Source: Obrimoposthia wandeli
Taxonomy: Eukaryota
Assembly: GCA_977020255.1 (NCBI GenBank)
Contig: CDROCS010006384.1
Span: 1-64,000 of the forward strand
Length of the DNA: 64,000 bases
Direction of reading: 5' to 3'
The number at the start of each line of letters is the position of its first letter. Within the stretch, counting starts at the first letter, position 1. Positions 27,755 to 37,774 of this stretch are shown here, one piece after another. The notes beneath the pieces are model-generated. The model made no database searches. It was not told where the DNA came from and saw only the letters and a list, made by a program, of their open reading frames with translations. The position numbers and the translations under genes were made by a program.

Positions 27755-30136
27755 ATGCAAGAGCTTATCTGTATAGAAACTCCAGAGTGGGAGTTAACTA
27801 TAAGTTGTCAAAATTTAGACGTACGGCAGAAAACTTATTTCGAGATGCTAAAGCGCAGAGGGGCTGTGCACAGCCCTAATGCGTTACATTTTAAGCCTGA
27901 AATAAGTTTAAAAAATATAAGTAATGGCATTATTGACCCTGCTGAATGTACAACTTCGCTAATTAAAGCGCTGTCGTTACCTCAACCGCTATTTTTTGAA
28001 AATACTCAATATCAATTTGCTTGGATATTTTTTAATGACGACATTACCCAAGCCGCCATTGCCCACCCTTTACAAACCATAGCGAACTCTTTTCTTTTTA
28101 CTCCTAAGCGCAAGCACAGCGCTGCGAGTTTGATAGGTACCATTAGCACAGGTAACGATATCGGCATGTTAAATTTGCCGCTAGTGTGTGAATTTAAAAA
28201 TGAAACAACATTAACAAATATTACTTTAGAGGTGCTACCAACTAAAATGCAATTGCACAGTGATTTGCCTGCAATGTATCAGCGCATAGATAAGTCATTC
28301 CCATTGTGGCGTTTTAGTTTGGCAGAAAAAACAGAACAAGGTGCTGCAAAAAGTCAGCACAGAGGCAACTTCCCTCTGTTATGGCTAGCGCAATTTAAAG
28401 CTTTACGTGAGCAGTTAAGCGCTGCTTTAAAAGTTATTGCTAACGCACCGCATAGCCGTTTACAAAGTAAAAAAAATCACATAAAAGCCGACCGATTAAA
28501 AGGCAAGCTGGGTAATAAGCTAGCTGAGCGGGTAAGAGAAGATATTCGTAACAAAAATTACGATAAACGTTATCAGCAAGATAAAAAATATCTAAGTGTT
28601 GATACGCCTGAAAACCGCTTTATTAAAATGGTAGTTACCAAGTGTAAGCAACAATTAGAGCTATTAACACAGAAGTTAGAAGCAAAGAACAATAAAAATG
28701 AGAATGTAAATCAGCGATTATCTCCACATTTTTTAACCGAGCTTAGAAGCTGGCAAGAGCCGCTAGCAAGAATGCAAAAACAAAGCTTTTTAAAAGAAGT
28801 AGGTGAGTACGCTGGTTCACAGCGAGAGTCTTTGGTATTACAACAAAAAACGGGTTATAGCGCGGTCTATAAAACGTGGCAAGAGCTTAAATATTATTTA
28901 GATATTTTTTCTCGGCATTCAACGATATCGATGAAGTCTGTTGCTGAAACTTATGAAGTTTGGTGCTTTTTAACGGTAAGACAGTTGTTAATGACAAACC
29001 TCGGCTTTGAAGAGGTTGAAAGCAAAAAAGCTAAGCTTACATTAAACGACTACTTTGAATTACGGCTTGAAGATGGTTTAACTGGTGCTGGTGCATTCAG
29101 CTTTAAACGCGCAGATGGCTTACACGCCCGATTAGCACACGAACCTGTTTTTCGTAAGAACGGTGAGTATATTCGCTCATTTGGTGTAACGCAAAAGCCT
29201 GATATATTACTTGAAGTAACATTTCCTGATGGTAAAAAGTGTATTTGGTTATTTGATGCCAAGTATCGTATTAAGACTATTAATAATCGTTATGATAATG
29301 ATGATATTAACGGTAAAGACTTTGTACCCGATGACGCCATCAATCAGATGCATCGCTACCGTGATGCGTTAATCCATATAAATAAGTTAGATAACACAAT
29401 CACCAAAAGCCGTCCTGTTTTCGGTGCATTTGCATTGTACCCTGGGTTTTATGATCAAGCGGTGGACGAAAATCCTTACCATGAAGCAATAACTGAAGTT
29501 GGTATAGGTGCATTTGCATTATTACCTAGCGATAATATAAATAATAACCAATGGCTTAAAGACTTCCTGATTAAAGAATTAGGCACTTTACCAACAGCTT
29601 ACTCAACAACAAGCATTAGTGAATCTTTATACGTTAATGAAGCTGCTCGCATCCCTTATTACGGTATGAAGCAAGTACTTCATAATGACTTAGTTTTGAC
29701 CGCGAGATTAGGAAACAGTCGTAACCCAGAATATGTTACACACTTTAAAAGTGGTGATGCGAAATGGTATCACATGCCAAAATCTGTTTTTGTCGCTAAA
29801 TTTGGCCATCACATAGCTGAAGAAATTTGTTATCTCGCAATCGCTCATGAAGATTCAGGGGTTTTGAAAACAGATAAAGTTTACCGTGTTAAAAGTGTTG
29901 CGCTTAAGCCGCGAAGTGAGATTAATGATACTCAGTCTGGTGCTAATTCGACGCAATCATTAAATGAAGAGTATTGGTTATTTGAACTCGGCGAAATTCT
30001 CAAGTTAAAACATACCTTGATTAATAAAAACACTGTCGGCTTTAGGCAGTCATTAAAGCTTACAACACTTAATATGCTTGAAACGACCCATGATTTTAAT
30101 GACTTACAAGCTGTTTACGAAAGCTGTGTAGTTTAG
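27755..30136 (+). CDS. DUF2357 + PD-(D/E)XK nuclease, McrC-like restriction subunit
   Basis: DTPENRFIK, YEVWCF, QKPDILLE...LFDAKYR, INQMHRYRDA, GAFALYP; intact 793 aa. Confidence 0.88.
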   Translation: MQELICIETPEWELTISCQNLDVRQKTYFEMLKRRGAVHSPNALHFKPEISLKNISNGIIDPAECTTSLIKALSLPQPLFFENTQYQFAWIFFNDDITQAAIAHPLQTIANSFLFTPKRKHSAASLIGTISTGNDIGMLNLPLVCEFKNETTLTNITLEVLPTKMQLHSDLPAMYQRIDKSFPLWRFSLAEKTEQGAAKSQHRGNFPLLWLAQFKALREQLSAALKVIANAPHSRLQSKKNHIKADRLKGKLGNKLAERVREDIRNKNYDKRYQQDKKYLSVDTPENRFIKMVVTKCKQQLELLTQKLEAKNNKNENVNQRLSPHFLTELRSWQEPLARMQKQSFLKEVGEYAGSQRESLVLQQKTGYSAVYKTWQELKYYLDIFSRHSTISMKSVAETYEVWCFLTVRQLLMTNLGFEEVESKKAKLTLNDYFELRLEDGLTGAGAFSFKRADGLHARLAHEPVFRKNGEYIRSFGVTQKPDILLEVTFPDGKKCIWLFDAKYRIKTINNRYDNDDINGKDFVPDDAINQMHRYRDALIHINKLDNTITKSRPVFGAFALYPGFYDQAVDENPYHEAITEVGIGAFALLPSDNINNNQWLKDFLIKELGTLPTAYSTTSISESLYVNEAARIPYYGMKQVLHNDLVLTARLGNSRNPEYVTHFKSGDAKWYHMPKSVFVAKFGHHIAEEICYLAIAHEDSGVLKTDKVYRVKSVALKPRSEINDTQSGANSTQSLNEEYWLFELGEILKLKHTLINKNTVGFRQSLKLTTLNMLETTHDFNDLQAVYESCVV

Positions 30137-30234
30137 ATAATTTCCTGCACGTTTAGCAGACCCGAAATAACCGGCAGTGTTCTAGTAAAGAAAACAACTA
30201 GAATACCATTCAAACCACAACCATCAAACAATCA

Positions 30235-30936
30235 TCACTTATCTTCAAGCAACTCAGTCAAACAAGCGACTTGCTCTGTTAATGTCGCGACTTGTTGCTC
30301 TAACGCATTCACTCTTTGGGTAAGTGTGTGCTCACTTTCTGAAGGTGTGGATATGTTTGTACTGCCGCTTTCATGCTCTGCGTCACCAGATAGCGCACTG
30401 GTGTTTGACGCTACTGGTTGATTTTCATCAAGATCTGAAAATAAATGTAGATAGCGAGATTCACGTTTACCGGGCTCGCGTTCGAGCTTTTTCACTAATG
30501 TTTGGTTATTTAAGTTTTGTAATTGTGTTAACACCACTTCTACTTCATTTACATCGGCAAAGTCTGCTAGGCGATTGGTGCGGGTTCTTAATTCTCCTGG
30601 CGTTTGTGGGCCTCTTAAAAATAATACGCAAATAATCGCGCGTTGCTGCGCTGAAAATTGTAAGTTGCCAAACTCGGTGTTACAAAAGCGATGAAAGTAT
30701 TTATTTACTCGGCTTGACGCTTTTTGGTCAACCATCAGCTGATTCATTTGTACCAGCTCATCTACCGTATTTTGCCAATCATTCTCGCTAAGCGACATCA
30801 CAGGTTCGCGGTTACTTTTTTGATTACAGCCAGCGGTAATAGCATTTATCGACAGTGGATATTGCTCAGGTGTGGTGGTTTCTTTTTCTAACATTACGCC
30901 AATAACACGGCATTGCAGAGCGGATAATGTGATCAT
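30235..30936 (-). CDS. yceH: YceH (DUF480/UPF0502) family protein
   Basis: RVIGVMLEKETTTPEQYPLS, CNQKSNREPVM, LRGPQTPGELRTR, REPGKRESRYLHLF. Confidence 0.9.
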   Translation of the reverse strand: MITLSALQCRVIGVMLEKETTTPEQYPLSINAITAGCNQKSNREPVMSLSENDWQNTVDELVQMNQLMVDQKASSRVNKYFHRFCNTEFGNLQFSAQQRAIICVLFLRGPQTPGELRTRTNRLADFADVNEVEVVLTQLQNLNNQTLVKKLEREPGKRESRYLHLFSDLDENQPVASNTSALSGDAEHESGSTNISTPSESEHTLTQRVNALEQQVATLTEQVACLTELLEDK

Positions 30937-31054
30937 TTTGAAGGCATCCTTATTGAAAATATAAGTCTATCTTTTTTACTGGATAAACAAAAACAAAAGC
31001 GTAAATAACAAAAATATATCCTCTGTAATCAACCAATTACACTAGTAATCCTTC

Positions 31055-31561
31055 TTAACCATGGTGAGTTTTAGTTGCTAATAAAAACGACTCGAATAAC
31101 GCTATAACTTGTGTAATAGATGAATTTAAACGGTGATCTCCATCAATAAGGTGCAAGGTACACTGCGCCTGCTGAGCATATTTTATAGAGCTTCCTACAG
31201 GCACAATATCGTCAGACCAACCATGTACAATCTCAATATTGTTAAGCCTAGTATTATAATTTTGCTGCTGATAACCCTGCATATACAAAGCTGGCGCCAA
31301 TAAAAATACGCCCAGTGGTTGGTTACTTGCTGATGCGACCAATGAAACGTAACCGCCCATGCTTGAGCCGACTAAAATATAAGGTTCGAGTTCGTTTGCT
31401 AAATAAGTATTCAACTTAATTACCCGCTCATCGGGGCTTGCTATATTGCTGTAGTCAATGCTATCGACACTACAACCTGCCGCTTTGGCTATGTTAGCAA
31501 GTTGGGTTATTTTACTGCCCCATGGGCCACTTTCTTTGCCATGTGAAAATATAACTTTCAT
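31055..31561 (-). CDS. Small alpha/beta hydrolase (YqiA/YcfP-like esterase)
   Basis: FSHGKESGP, GSSMGG nucleophile elbow, HGWSDD, DGDHRL. Confidence 0.85.
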   Translation of the reverse strand: MKVIFSHGKESGPWGSKITQLANIAKAAGCSVDSIDYSNIASPDERVIKLNTYLANELEPYILVGSSMGGYVSLVASASNQPLGVFLLAPALYMQGYQQQNYNTRLNNIEIVHGWSDDIVPVGSSIKYAQQAQCTLHLIDGDHRLNSSITQVIALFESFLLATKTHHG

Positions 31562-31692
31562 GTTTACTCCGTTTTCTACTTAGTCACCAAACGTTATGCC
31601 TGTTTGACTCTAAATAGTACATAAAAGTTAAACAGGCAGAAAATAAAAATTGTTAAAACGAATCATTAGTTCTAACAAAAACTATATTTCAC

Positions 31693-31719
31693 TAATCAGT
31701 AATCAGTAATCAGTAATCA
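31693..31719. repeat. Short tandem repeat (TAATCAG) x3.9
   Basis: Read directly from the sequence. Confidence 0.9.
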
Positions 31720-31798
31720 ATTTAGTAACCGCGTAATTTTCATAACAAAGTCGCCAATTTTATTGTCGAGTTTGGCAAAGTAATTACCAAAAAACACC

Positions 31799-31921
31799 TT
31801 ATTGCCAATCATTATTGTATTCTAGTTTGGGCAAGCTTATTTCTTTGTTCAGTGATAGTTTACCGATAACTATATCTGCAAATTTTACCTGTAGGCTGTA
31901 GGCAGTTAATTTATCATTCAT
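31799..31921 (-). pseudogene. Probable HipA N-terminal-domain remnant
   Basis: MNDKLTAYSLQVKFADIVIGKLSLNKEISLPKLEYNNDWQ* starts 3 nt after the XRE gene stop; LxV...IGxL...EY...W pattern. Confidence 0.45.
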
Positions 31922-31924
31922 CAG

Positions 31925-32215
31925 TTAAACCCATTCGTTATCAGCTAAAGCATTAGACTGAGGAGTTAGTAGCGCTTTTGTCGTTAGTTTTATGCCTAAT
32001 CCTTGTAAGACTGAAAATACTGCGGACAAAGTGCAATTAGCATTTCCGTTTTCAATACGCGATAACGTATTTATGCCGACTCCACATAGCGCTGCACAGT
32101 CTGCCAGTTTCATATTCAACTTTGTTCGTTTTGCTTTAACTAACTTACCTAGTACTTCTGCATCTTCTATATATACAGAGTTAGGCATGTCTGAAACTTT
32201 AACTCGATTAGCCAT
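31925..32215 (-). CDS. XRE-family HTH regulator (HipB-like antitoxin)
   Basis: LADCAALCGVGINTLSRIENG HTH, VLQGLGIKL. Confidence 0.88.
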   Translation of the reverse strand: MANRVKVSDMPNSVYIEDAEVLGKLVKAKRTKLNMKLADCAALCGVGINTLSRIENGNANCTLSAVFSVLQGLGIKLTTKALLTPQSNALADNEWV

Positions 32216-32230
32216 ACTGACTAGTACCTA

Positions 32231-32355
32231 ATTATTCACCATTAATAGTGATTATATTTGTAGATTTAATATTAATAAGAAATATTCACCACTATTGGTG
32301 AATATACCTTCTACTGATAGACATTAAACCATTATTCACTAGTAGTGATGAATTA
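32231..32355. promoter_or_regulatory. Three palindromic operators, 50-bp period
   Basis: ATTATTCACC.. at 32231, AATATTCACCACTATTGGTGAATAT at 32281, ATTATTCACT.. at 32331. Confidence 0.75.
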
Positions 32356-32411
32356 AAGTTCATACTGACAGCAAAACCACTTGTAACTTTAGTAATAAAT
32401 AGTGCTGCAAA

Positions 32412-33302
32412 GATACTCAACAGGTATTGGCCGCATTAGTCGCCGGCGGTAGTTCGGGTGGAGCAAGACCAAAGGCGCAGATTTATATGCCTGCTGGGGG
32501 AACTAAGCAATGCCGAACCTTTGCACAGCCTGGTGATGAAGCGTGGCTGATTAAGTTTACCTCGAAAAATCTAGCGCTCGGTCATGAAGAAGGCTTGTGT
32601 GAGGCCGTCTATTTGCAAATGGCCGAGATCGCTAAGTGTCAACCACCGATCTGGCAACTTATTGAGGCGCCTCATGCAAGCGGTGCCTTTGCGTGGCTAG
32701 CGCTTAAGCGTTTTGACTATTTAACAGGGCACATGACTGAACACTCTGAGTCAGTAGGAGAACCCAATGTCGGCCGCCTTCATATGCACAGCGCCTGCGG
32801 GCTGCTGAATGCAGACTTTAGAACACCTAACTTAGATTATATTGACTTAATCAAAGCCAGCCGTCAGCTGTGTAAATCTCCAGCCGCCGGGCAACTGCAA
32901 TTTCGCCGCGCCATTTTTAACCTGCTGTCATCGAATCAAGACGATCACAGTAAAAACTGGGCGTTTTTGCAAGCGGACGACGGCCAATGGCAGCTTGCAC
33001 CCTTTTACGATGTCACTTATAGTCAGCATCCATTTAACGAACATGCCACCGCATTGGGTGGTTATGGTAAAGCACCGCCTATTAAGGTGATGCAAAAACT
33101 TGCAACCAGTGCTGGTTACGGGAGCTGAAATGACGCAAGGCAAGTCATTGAGGAAGTATCAGAAGCAATCAGCCAATTTACTTATCTCGCACAGCAACAA
33201 GGGATCAGTAAAACAACAGTATCTGCAATTTCTATGACACTGGAACAGCGTAAACAGGAAAATGCAGTGCTTTTTTACAACAATAAGAAGGGACAACAAT
33301 GA
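32412..33302 (+). pseudogene. hipA: HipA kinase, 5'-truncated with a premature TGA
   Basis: GGSSGGARPKA, NQDDHSKNWAF, LAPFYDV; in-frame TAG just upstream (32400-32402); TGA 33126-33128, after which the frame reads on to TGA 33300-33302 overlapping the next ATG. Confidence 0.85.
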
Positions 33303-34303
33303 AGCTAGGTAGAAACGATCCTTGCCATTGTGGCAGCGGTAAGAAATTTAAACGTTGTTGTATGAGCAGCGCCTCCAAGCAACATGCTCAAGTCTTTGAT
33401 AATGTGGAAGCCATGCTGGCAATGAATCCAAATTTGAGCCTTGATGAACTCAATGTAGCTTTACAGCACAAAGTGCAGGATCGTAATAGTCAACCTCATC
33501 CTGATTTTTGTGGTGTGACGCCAACACAAATGACCAATTGGCTTTATGCGCCTTTTGATGAATTGCAGTGGGTGACAATCAGCACGCCAGACGATCTTTC
33601 TGCCAGCCCAGTGATGCGTTATCTAACCCTCATTATTGATGAGGCCATGGCACAAGATGGATCATTCAAAGCCACGAGTAAAGGCAACTTACCGGCTAAG
33701 CTGGTCAAACAGGCCAGTGAGTTATTGCCTGAGTTTGCCGTTGCTCAATTCGAGCGTGACATAAGTATCAGCGAGTTTGCGGGCAGCAACGAAGACAAAT
33801 TTAATGCCTTACACTACACCCGAGTGCTAGCCGAAATTAGTGGTATTATTTATCAACGCAGTGGTCGTTACCATGTAAAAAAATCAGCGAAAAAACAGTA
33901 TCAGGCGTTAGGTATACAGGCATTTTTCAATCCTATGTTAGAAGCCGCAATTAGCAAATACAACTGGGGCTATTTTGACAGTTTTGAATATGATGTCGAC
34001 TTGCGTTCCTTATGGTTGTTTATGTTGTGGCGCATACAAAAACATAGCCACTTTGAGCAGTTGATTGAAGAGGCGGTAACGGCTTTCCCAGATTTACTTC
34101 AGTCCTTCCCTACGGACGATTACTTCTCGCCAGAAAGAACTTTAAGCATGCTCATTGAATCACGATTTATTGAGCGATTTTTACAGTTTTGGGGATTTGT
34201 GACCATTGAACCAAGGCGTTATACAGGCGCTAAACCTGCCGCCAGAATGGTTCAGGTTCAGCCTTTGCTAAAACAAAGCTTTCAATTCACCATTAACGCA
34301 TAA
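33299..34303 (+). CDS. SEC-C motif-containing hypothetical protein
   Basis: GRNDPCHCGSGKKFKRCC at the N-terminus. Confidence 0.85.
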   Translation: MKLGRNDPCHCGSGKKFKRCCMSSASKQHAQVFDNVEAMLAMNPNLSLDELNVALQHKVQDRNSQPHPDFCGVTPTQMTNWLYAPFDELQWVTISTPDDLSASPVMRYLTLIIDEAMAQDGSFKATSKGNLPAKLVKQASELLPEFAVAQFERDISISEFAGSNEDKFNALHYTRVLAEISGIIYQRSGRYHVKKSAKKQYQALGIQAFFNPMLEAAISKYNWGYFDSFEYDVDLRSLWLFMLWRIQKHSHFEQLIEEAVTAFPDLLQSFPTDDYFSPERTLSMLIESRFIERFLQFWGFVTIEPRRYTGAKPAARMVQVQPLLKQSFQFTINA

Positions 34304-34313
34304 AAAGGTCATC

Positions 34314-35432
34314 GTGAGCGCATATCAATATTATAAATTCGAGCGTTTGGATGGGTATTTAGATACTAAAGCACGCCAAGCACTCAGAGCCATCTCAAGC
34401 CGTGCCGATATCAGCGCTAGGTCATTTCAGGTGTATTACACCTACAGTGATTTAAAGAAGGAACCTTCTGAGCTGATGTTAAAGTACTTCGACATCGGTT
34501 TTAACTATGCCGATTGGGGCTCAATCGATGTTTACATCAAGCTACCTGCCGGAACGCTACCTGATGCATTACTTGGCTTTTCAAGTGATGGGCTTCATGT
34601 TCGTCAAAGCGATGAGTGGCAGTTGCTAATTTTTTCCCTCGAGGAGTATTACGAGTATTTTGACGATGAGCATGCTGACGACTTTTTCCAGCATTTAGCC
34701 AGTTTACGCAGCGAGTTAATGCAAGGGAATTGGCGCCTTTTGTACTTTATGTGGCTTAAAGGGTGTGACTTTGATGACGAGCAGGATGCGATACCTCTAA
34801 TTCAATTCGATTTTGAGCATCTCAGCGAGGAATTACTGGCTTTTACTGAGTTGTACAGTGTCCCTTTAACTTTGGTTAAAGCACTTGCGATGGTGCTGAA
34901 CGAACAACCAAGCCATCAAGCTAAACAAGTTAAGTTTCAATTTGATGCGTGGCTCCACAAACTCACGGAAGTGGAGAAAAACACGCTATTAAACACGCTT
35001 TTTGAACAAGGTCAGCTAACCCGTCACCAAGCCTTAGCGATGACGCAAAAAGAATCTTCCGACAAAGAAGAAGCCTATCAGTATTGGTTAACCCCCGACG
35101 TGCTTACGCCTTATATCGAGCAAGCACAAAGTCAATTACAGCAAGAGCAAACTGCAGCACTCGCAAAGAAACTGGCTATCGAAAAAGCGGAAAAAGAGAA
35201 AGCTTTAACGGATATATATCGCCAGCGCGAGCACAACTGGGAACAAGCACAAGCGCAAGCCAAGCGAACTTGCGCCAGTGGGTATGATGAGGCATCACGC
35301 TATCTGCATCAGCTGTTTGAAGCCTATCAGTTTAAAAACGATGTGGCCGCATTTGAACATAGTTTTAAACGCTTTGTTGTAGCCAATAGCAATCGTACAG
35401 CGTTGTTAAATCGCTTGAGTGATTTGCTTTAA
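34314..35432 (+). CDS. Conserved hypothetical protein (MSxYQYYxF family)
   Basis: 372-aa ORF with RBS, 10 nt after the SEC-C gene; C-terminal coiled-coil-like region. Confidence 0.8.
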   Translation: MSAYQYYKFERLDGYLDTKARQALRAISSRADISARSFQVYYTYSDLKKEPSELMLKYFDIGFNYADWGSIDVYIKLPAGTLPDALLGFSSDGLHVRQSDEWQLLIFSLEEYYEYFDDEHADDFFQHLASLRSELMQGNWRLLYFMWLKGCDFDDEQDAIPLIQFDFEHLSEELLAFTELYSVPLTLVKALAMVLNEQPSHQAKQVKFQFDAWLHKLTEVEKNTLLNTLFEQGQLTRHQALAMTQKESSDKEEAYQYWLTPDVLTPYIEQAQSQLQQEQTAALAKKLAIEKAEKEKALTDIYRQREHNWEQAQAQAKRTCASGYDEASRYLHQLFEAYQFKNDVAAFEHSFKRFVVANSNRTALLNRLSDLL

Positions 35433-35629
35433 ATGATTGAGCAATCTGCAAGCAGCTCGATAAGTGGAGATGGCATAAGGCGGTGGTGAGATAGATGCAA
35501 AAATCTACTCACCAGTTACCTTGACTTTTCGCTTATTGAGTCAAAAAACAGGGCTTGCCCACCATTTTTCCCACCACTTAAACAGCAACAGATAACGGAC
35601 ATCTGTAAACCGATTTGGACGGGGAAGAA

Positions 35630-35742
35630 ACTATTCTACACCTTGGGCTTTAACACAGAAAAGCAATTAAAAACAAAAGCTTACTAACACCCTGAATAAC
35701 AAGAAAACTTAAGAAACAAACTTAGTAACCATTTTAGTAACC
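35630..35742. mobile_element. Possible decayed att end (core-like match to yicC 3' end plus tandem TTAGTAACC)
   Basis: ACTATTCTA-N4-TTGG at 35630-35646 versus 37774-37790; AGCAATTAAAAACAAAA at 35662 and 37698; TTAGTAACC at 35722 and 35734. Confidence 0.35.
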
Positions 35743-35771
35743 AATAAATAAGTGAGAGCCTAATTATCGTT

Positions 35772-36785
35772 TTATTTATTATTACCCAACTTTTTTATAG
35801 CCGCGGTTAAATCTTGATCTACTTGGTTGGGGCTTAAATCAATAATACGTCGATATTTATCATACTCTTCTTTGGCTTTCAGCTTAGCTTGTTCGGCAGA
35901 CACCTTACCCGCATTAGTTAAAATATCGTATTCACTTAGATTTAGAAAATCATCTAGCTTACTAGACCAATCTTCCATCTTCATTAACTTACCGCGCTTT
36001 GCTTGTAATTCTGCAAATTCAAGGTAACTGGTTACTAATCGATTCAACGTGTCCAATTCATCTTTTGATAAATAATTTTTACCTGTTACCACTTCTTTTC
36101 GAGTAGGTTCTTTGCCTGCATAATGCGTAAGGCCTAAATGCGGTTTATCCGCACTAATTCGCTGAAATACGACTTCAGCAGCTGTATGACCGTGAGCCGC
36201 CCAGTGCATTTTATTTTGTACTTGAGCAAAGAAATTCATACTTGTTTGAGCTTTACCATCATAATCAATACTCGTGGCATATATATCACAAATTTTTCGC
36301 CAGAATACTTTTTCTGATGAACGTATATCACGAATACGATTGAGCAATTCATCAAAATAAGCGCTGGATTCTGGCTTTTTCAAGCGCTCATCATCCATGA
36401 CAAAACCTTTAACTAAATAGTCTTGTAAGGTTTTTGTTGCCCACTGCCTAAATTGAATTCCTTGTGGTGAACGAACTCGGTAACCAACAGCAAATACAGC
36501 ATCTAAGTTGTAATATTCAAGTTGACGATTGATCTCTCTTGAACCTTCTATTTGAACTGTTGCATATTTTGCAACGGTTGCATTTTGTACTAATTCACCG
36601 TCATCATAAATATTTTTTAAATGCTTAGAAATAACAGATTTATCACGACCAAATAAAGCACTTAGTTGATTAAGGCTAAGCCATAAATTATCTTGTTCAA
36701 ATCTACACTCTACTTGAATTCCACCATCGTTTGTTTGATAGATAAAAAACTCACCCTGATGAGAATTTGATGTTAAATTTGTCAT
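35772..36785 (-). CDS. Virulence RhuM-family protein
   Basis: ISKHLKNIY, YNLDAVFAVGYRVRS, QFRQWAT, KGFVMDDERLK, YFDELLNRIRDIRSSEK. Confidence 0.92.
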   Translation of the reverse strand: MTNLTSNSHQGEFFIYQTNDGGIQVECRFEQDNLWLSLNQLSALFGRDKSVISKHLKNIYDDGELVQNATVAKYATVQIEGSREINRQLEYYNLDAVFAVGYRVRSPQGIQFRQWATKTLQDYLVKGFVMDDERLKKPESSAYFDELLNRIRDIRSSEKVFWRKICDIYATSIDYDGKAQTSMNFFAQVQNKMHWAAHGHTAAEVVFQRISADKPHLGLTHYAGKEPTRKEVVTGKNYLSKDELDTLNRLVTSYLEFAELQAKRGKLMKMEDWSSKLDDFLNLSEYDILTNAGKVSAEQAKLKAKEEYDKYRRIIDLSPNQVDQDLTAAIKKLGNNK

Positions 36786-36902
36786 ATAGTCTAGCCCTTA
36801 GTGTTTCGCTAATAATTAAGTTTATTAGCTAGTGCAATAACTTCCCAATGGTTCCTTTGAAGCTAATTTTCATTATCAGACTCCAGCTAAGCATGTAAAA
36901 TT

Positions 36903-37431
36903 TCATTCCGCTATATTTTTGGCAATAATTCCTTTTCTGTCTGCTTCTTTAAGGTGGGCCGATTTTAAAAGTGCAGCTTCTGTCCATAAAGACTCATGAC
37001 AAACTGCCAATTCCGCCTCTAAAGCTTCTTTAGGATCGCGGTTATAGTTATTACATTCAATTTTATACGATTCATCCAAACTTTACTTGTTACCGTTTCA
37101 CCGCATCGTGCTTTCAAGCGTTTTTTACTCTATATAATGCATCCCAAATATCAAGTTCTTGTTCATAACCAGAGCATGCTAAGTTAACCTGTAACTCTTC
37201 AGGTGTGCTAGGAGCTCTTTCATCACAAAGAAAAGTTAAAGATACATCAATATTGTAACTGTTCAGAGAATATGGATAAAAAGCACGACGAGGATTTCCT
37301 TCATCATCAATTAAAGGGTCTTTTGTTCCTTTATTTTGAGAGTTACATTTGTGGCAAGCTGGCGCAAGATTCTTTAAGTTCACCGAGTTAAAGGGATATT
37401 TGCTCGCAGGAAAAATCTTGAGATTCATCAC
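36903..37431 (-). pseudogene. HNH endonuclease remnant (5'-truncated, one frameshift)
   Basis: SKYPFNSVNLKNLAPACHKCNSQNKG; a -1 shift in the T6 run 37121-37126 restores RLKARCG...IIAKNIAE* ending at 36903. Confidence 0.7.
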
Positions 37432-37705
37432 GGATAATATTTAACATGGTTGGGTATGTAGAAATATGTATTCTGCGGTCTTTGGCTATTAATTTTTCGC
37501 CTTCGTTTGGCCAACGAGGTTCATTTGGTAAATGTTCTTTAAATATGTATAGAAAATCTAATTATTTATACATGTAATAACCTCATGTATAGATAATTGT
37601 ATAATTTCGACACGTCGACCGAACATGTTGATAAAATCGACATTAACATCAGATTTTAGAAAATATTATATTTGATGACATTGCGCTATTAAATAAGAGC
37701 AATTA

Positions 37706-37736
37706 AAAACAAAAAGCCCCACAAAAGTGAGGCTTT
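37706..37736 (-). terminator. yicC terminator
   Basis: AAAGCCCCAC-aaaa-GTGAGGCTTT with A-run (U-tract on the minus strand). Confidence 0.75.
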
Positions 37737-37774
37737 ACAATAAATTATTTATAAAAATTGAACGTGCTAAAACA

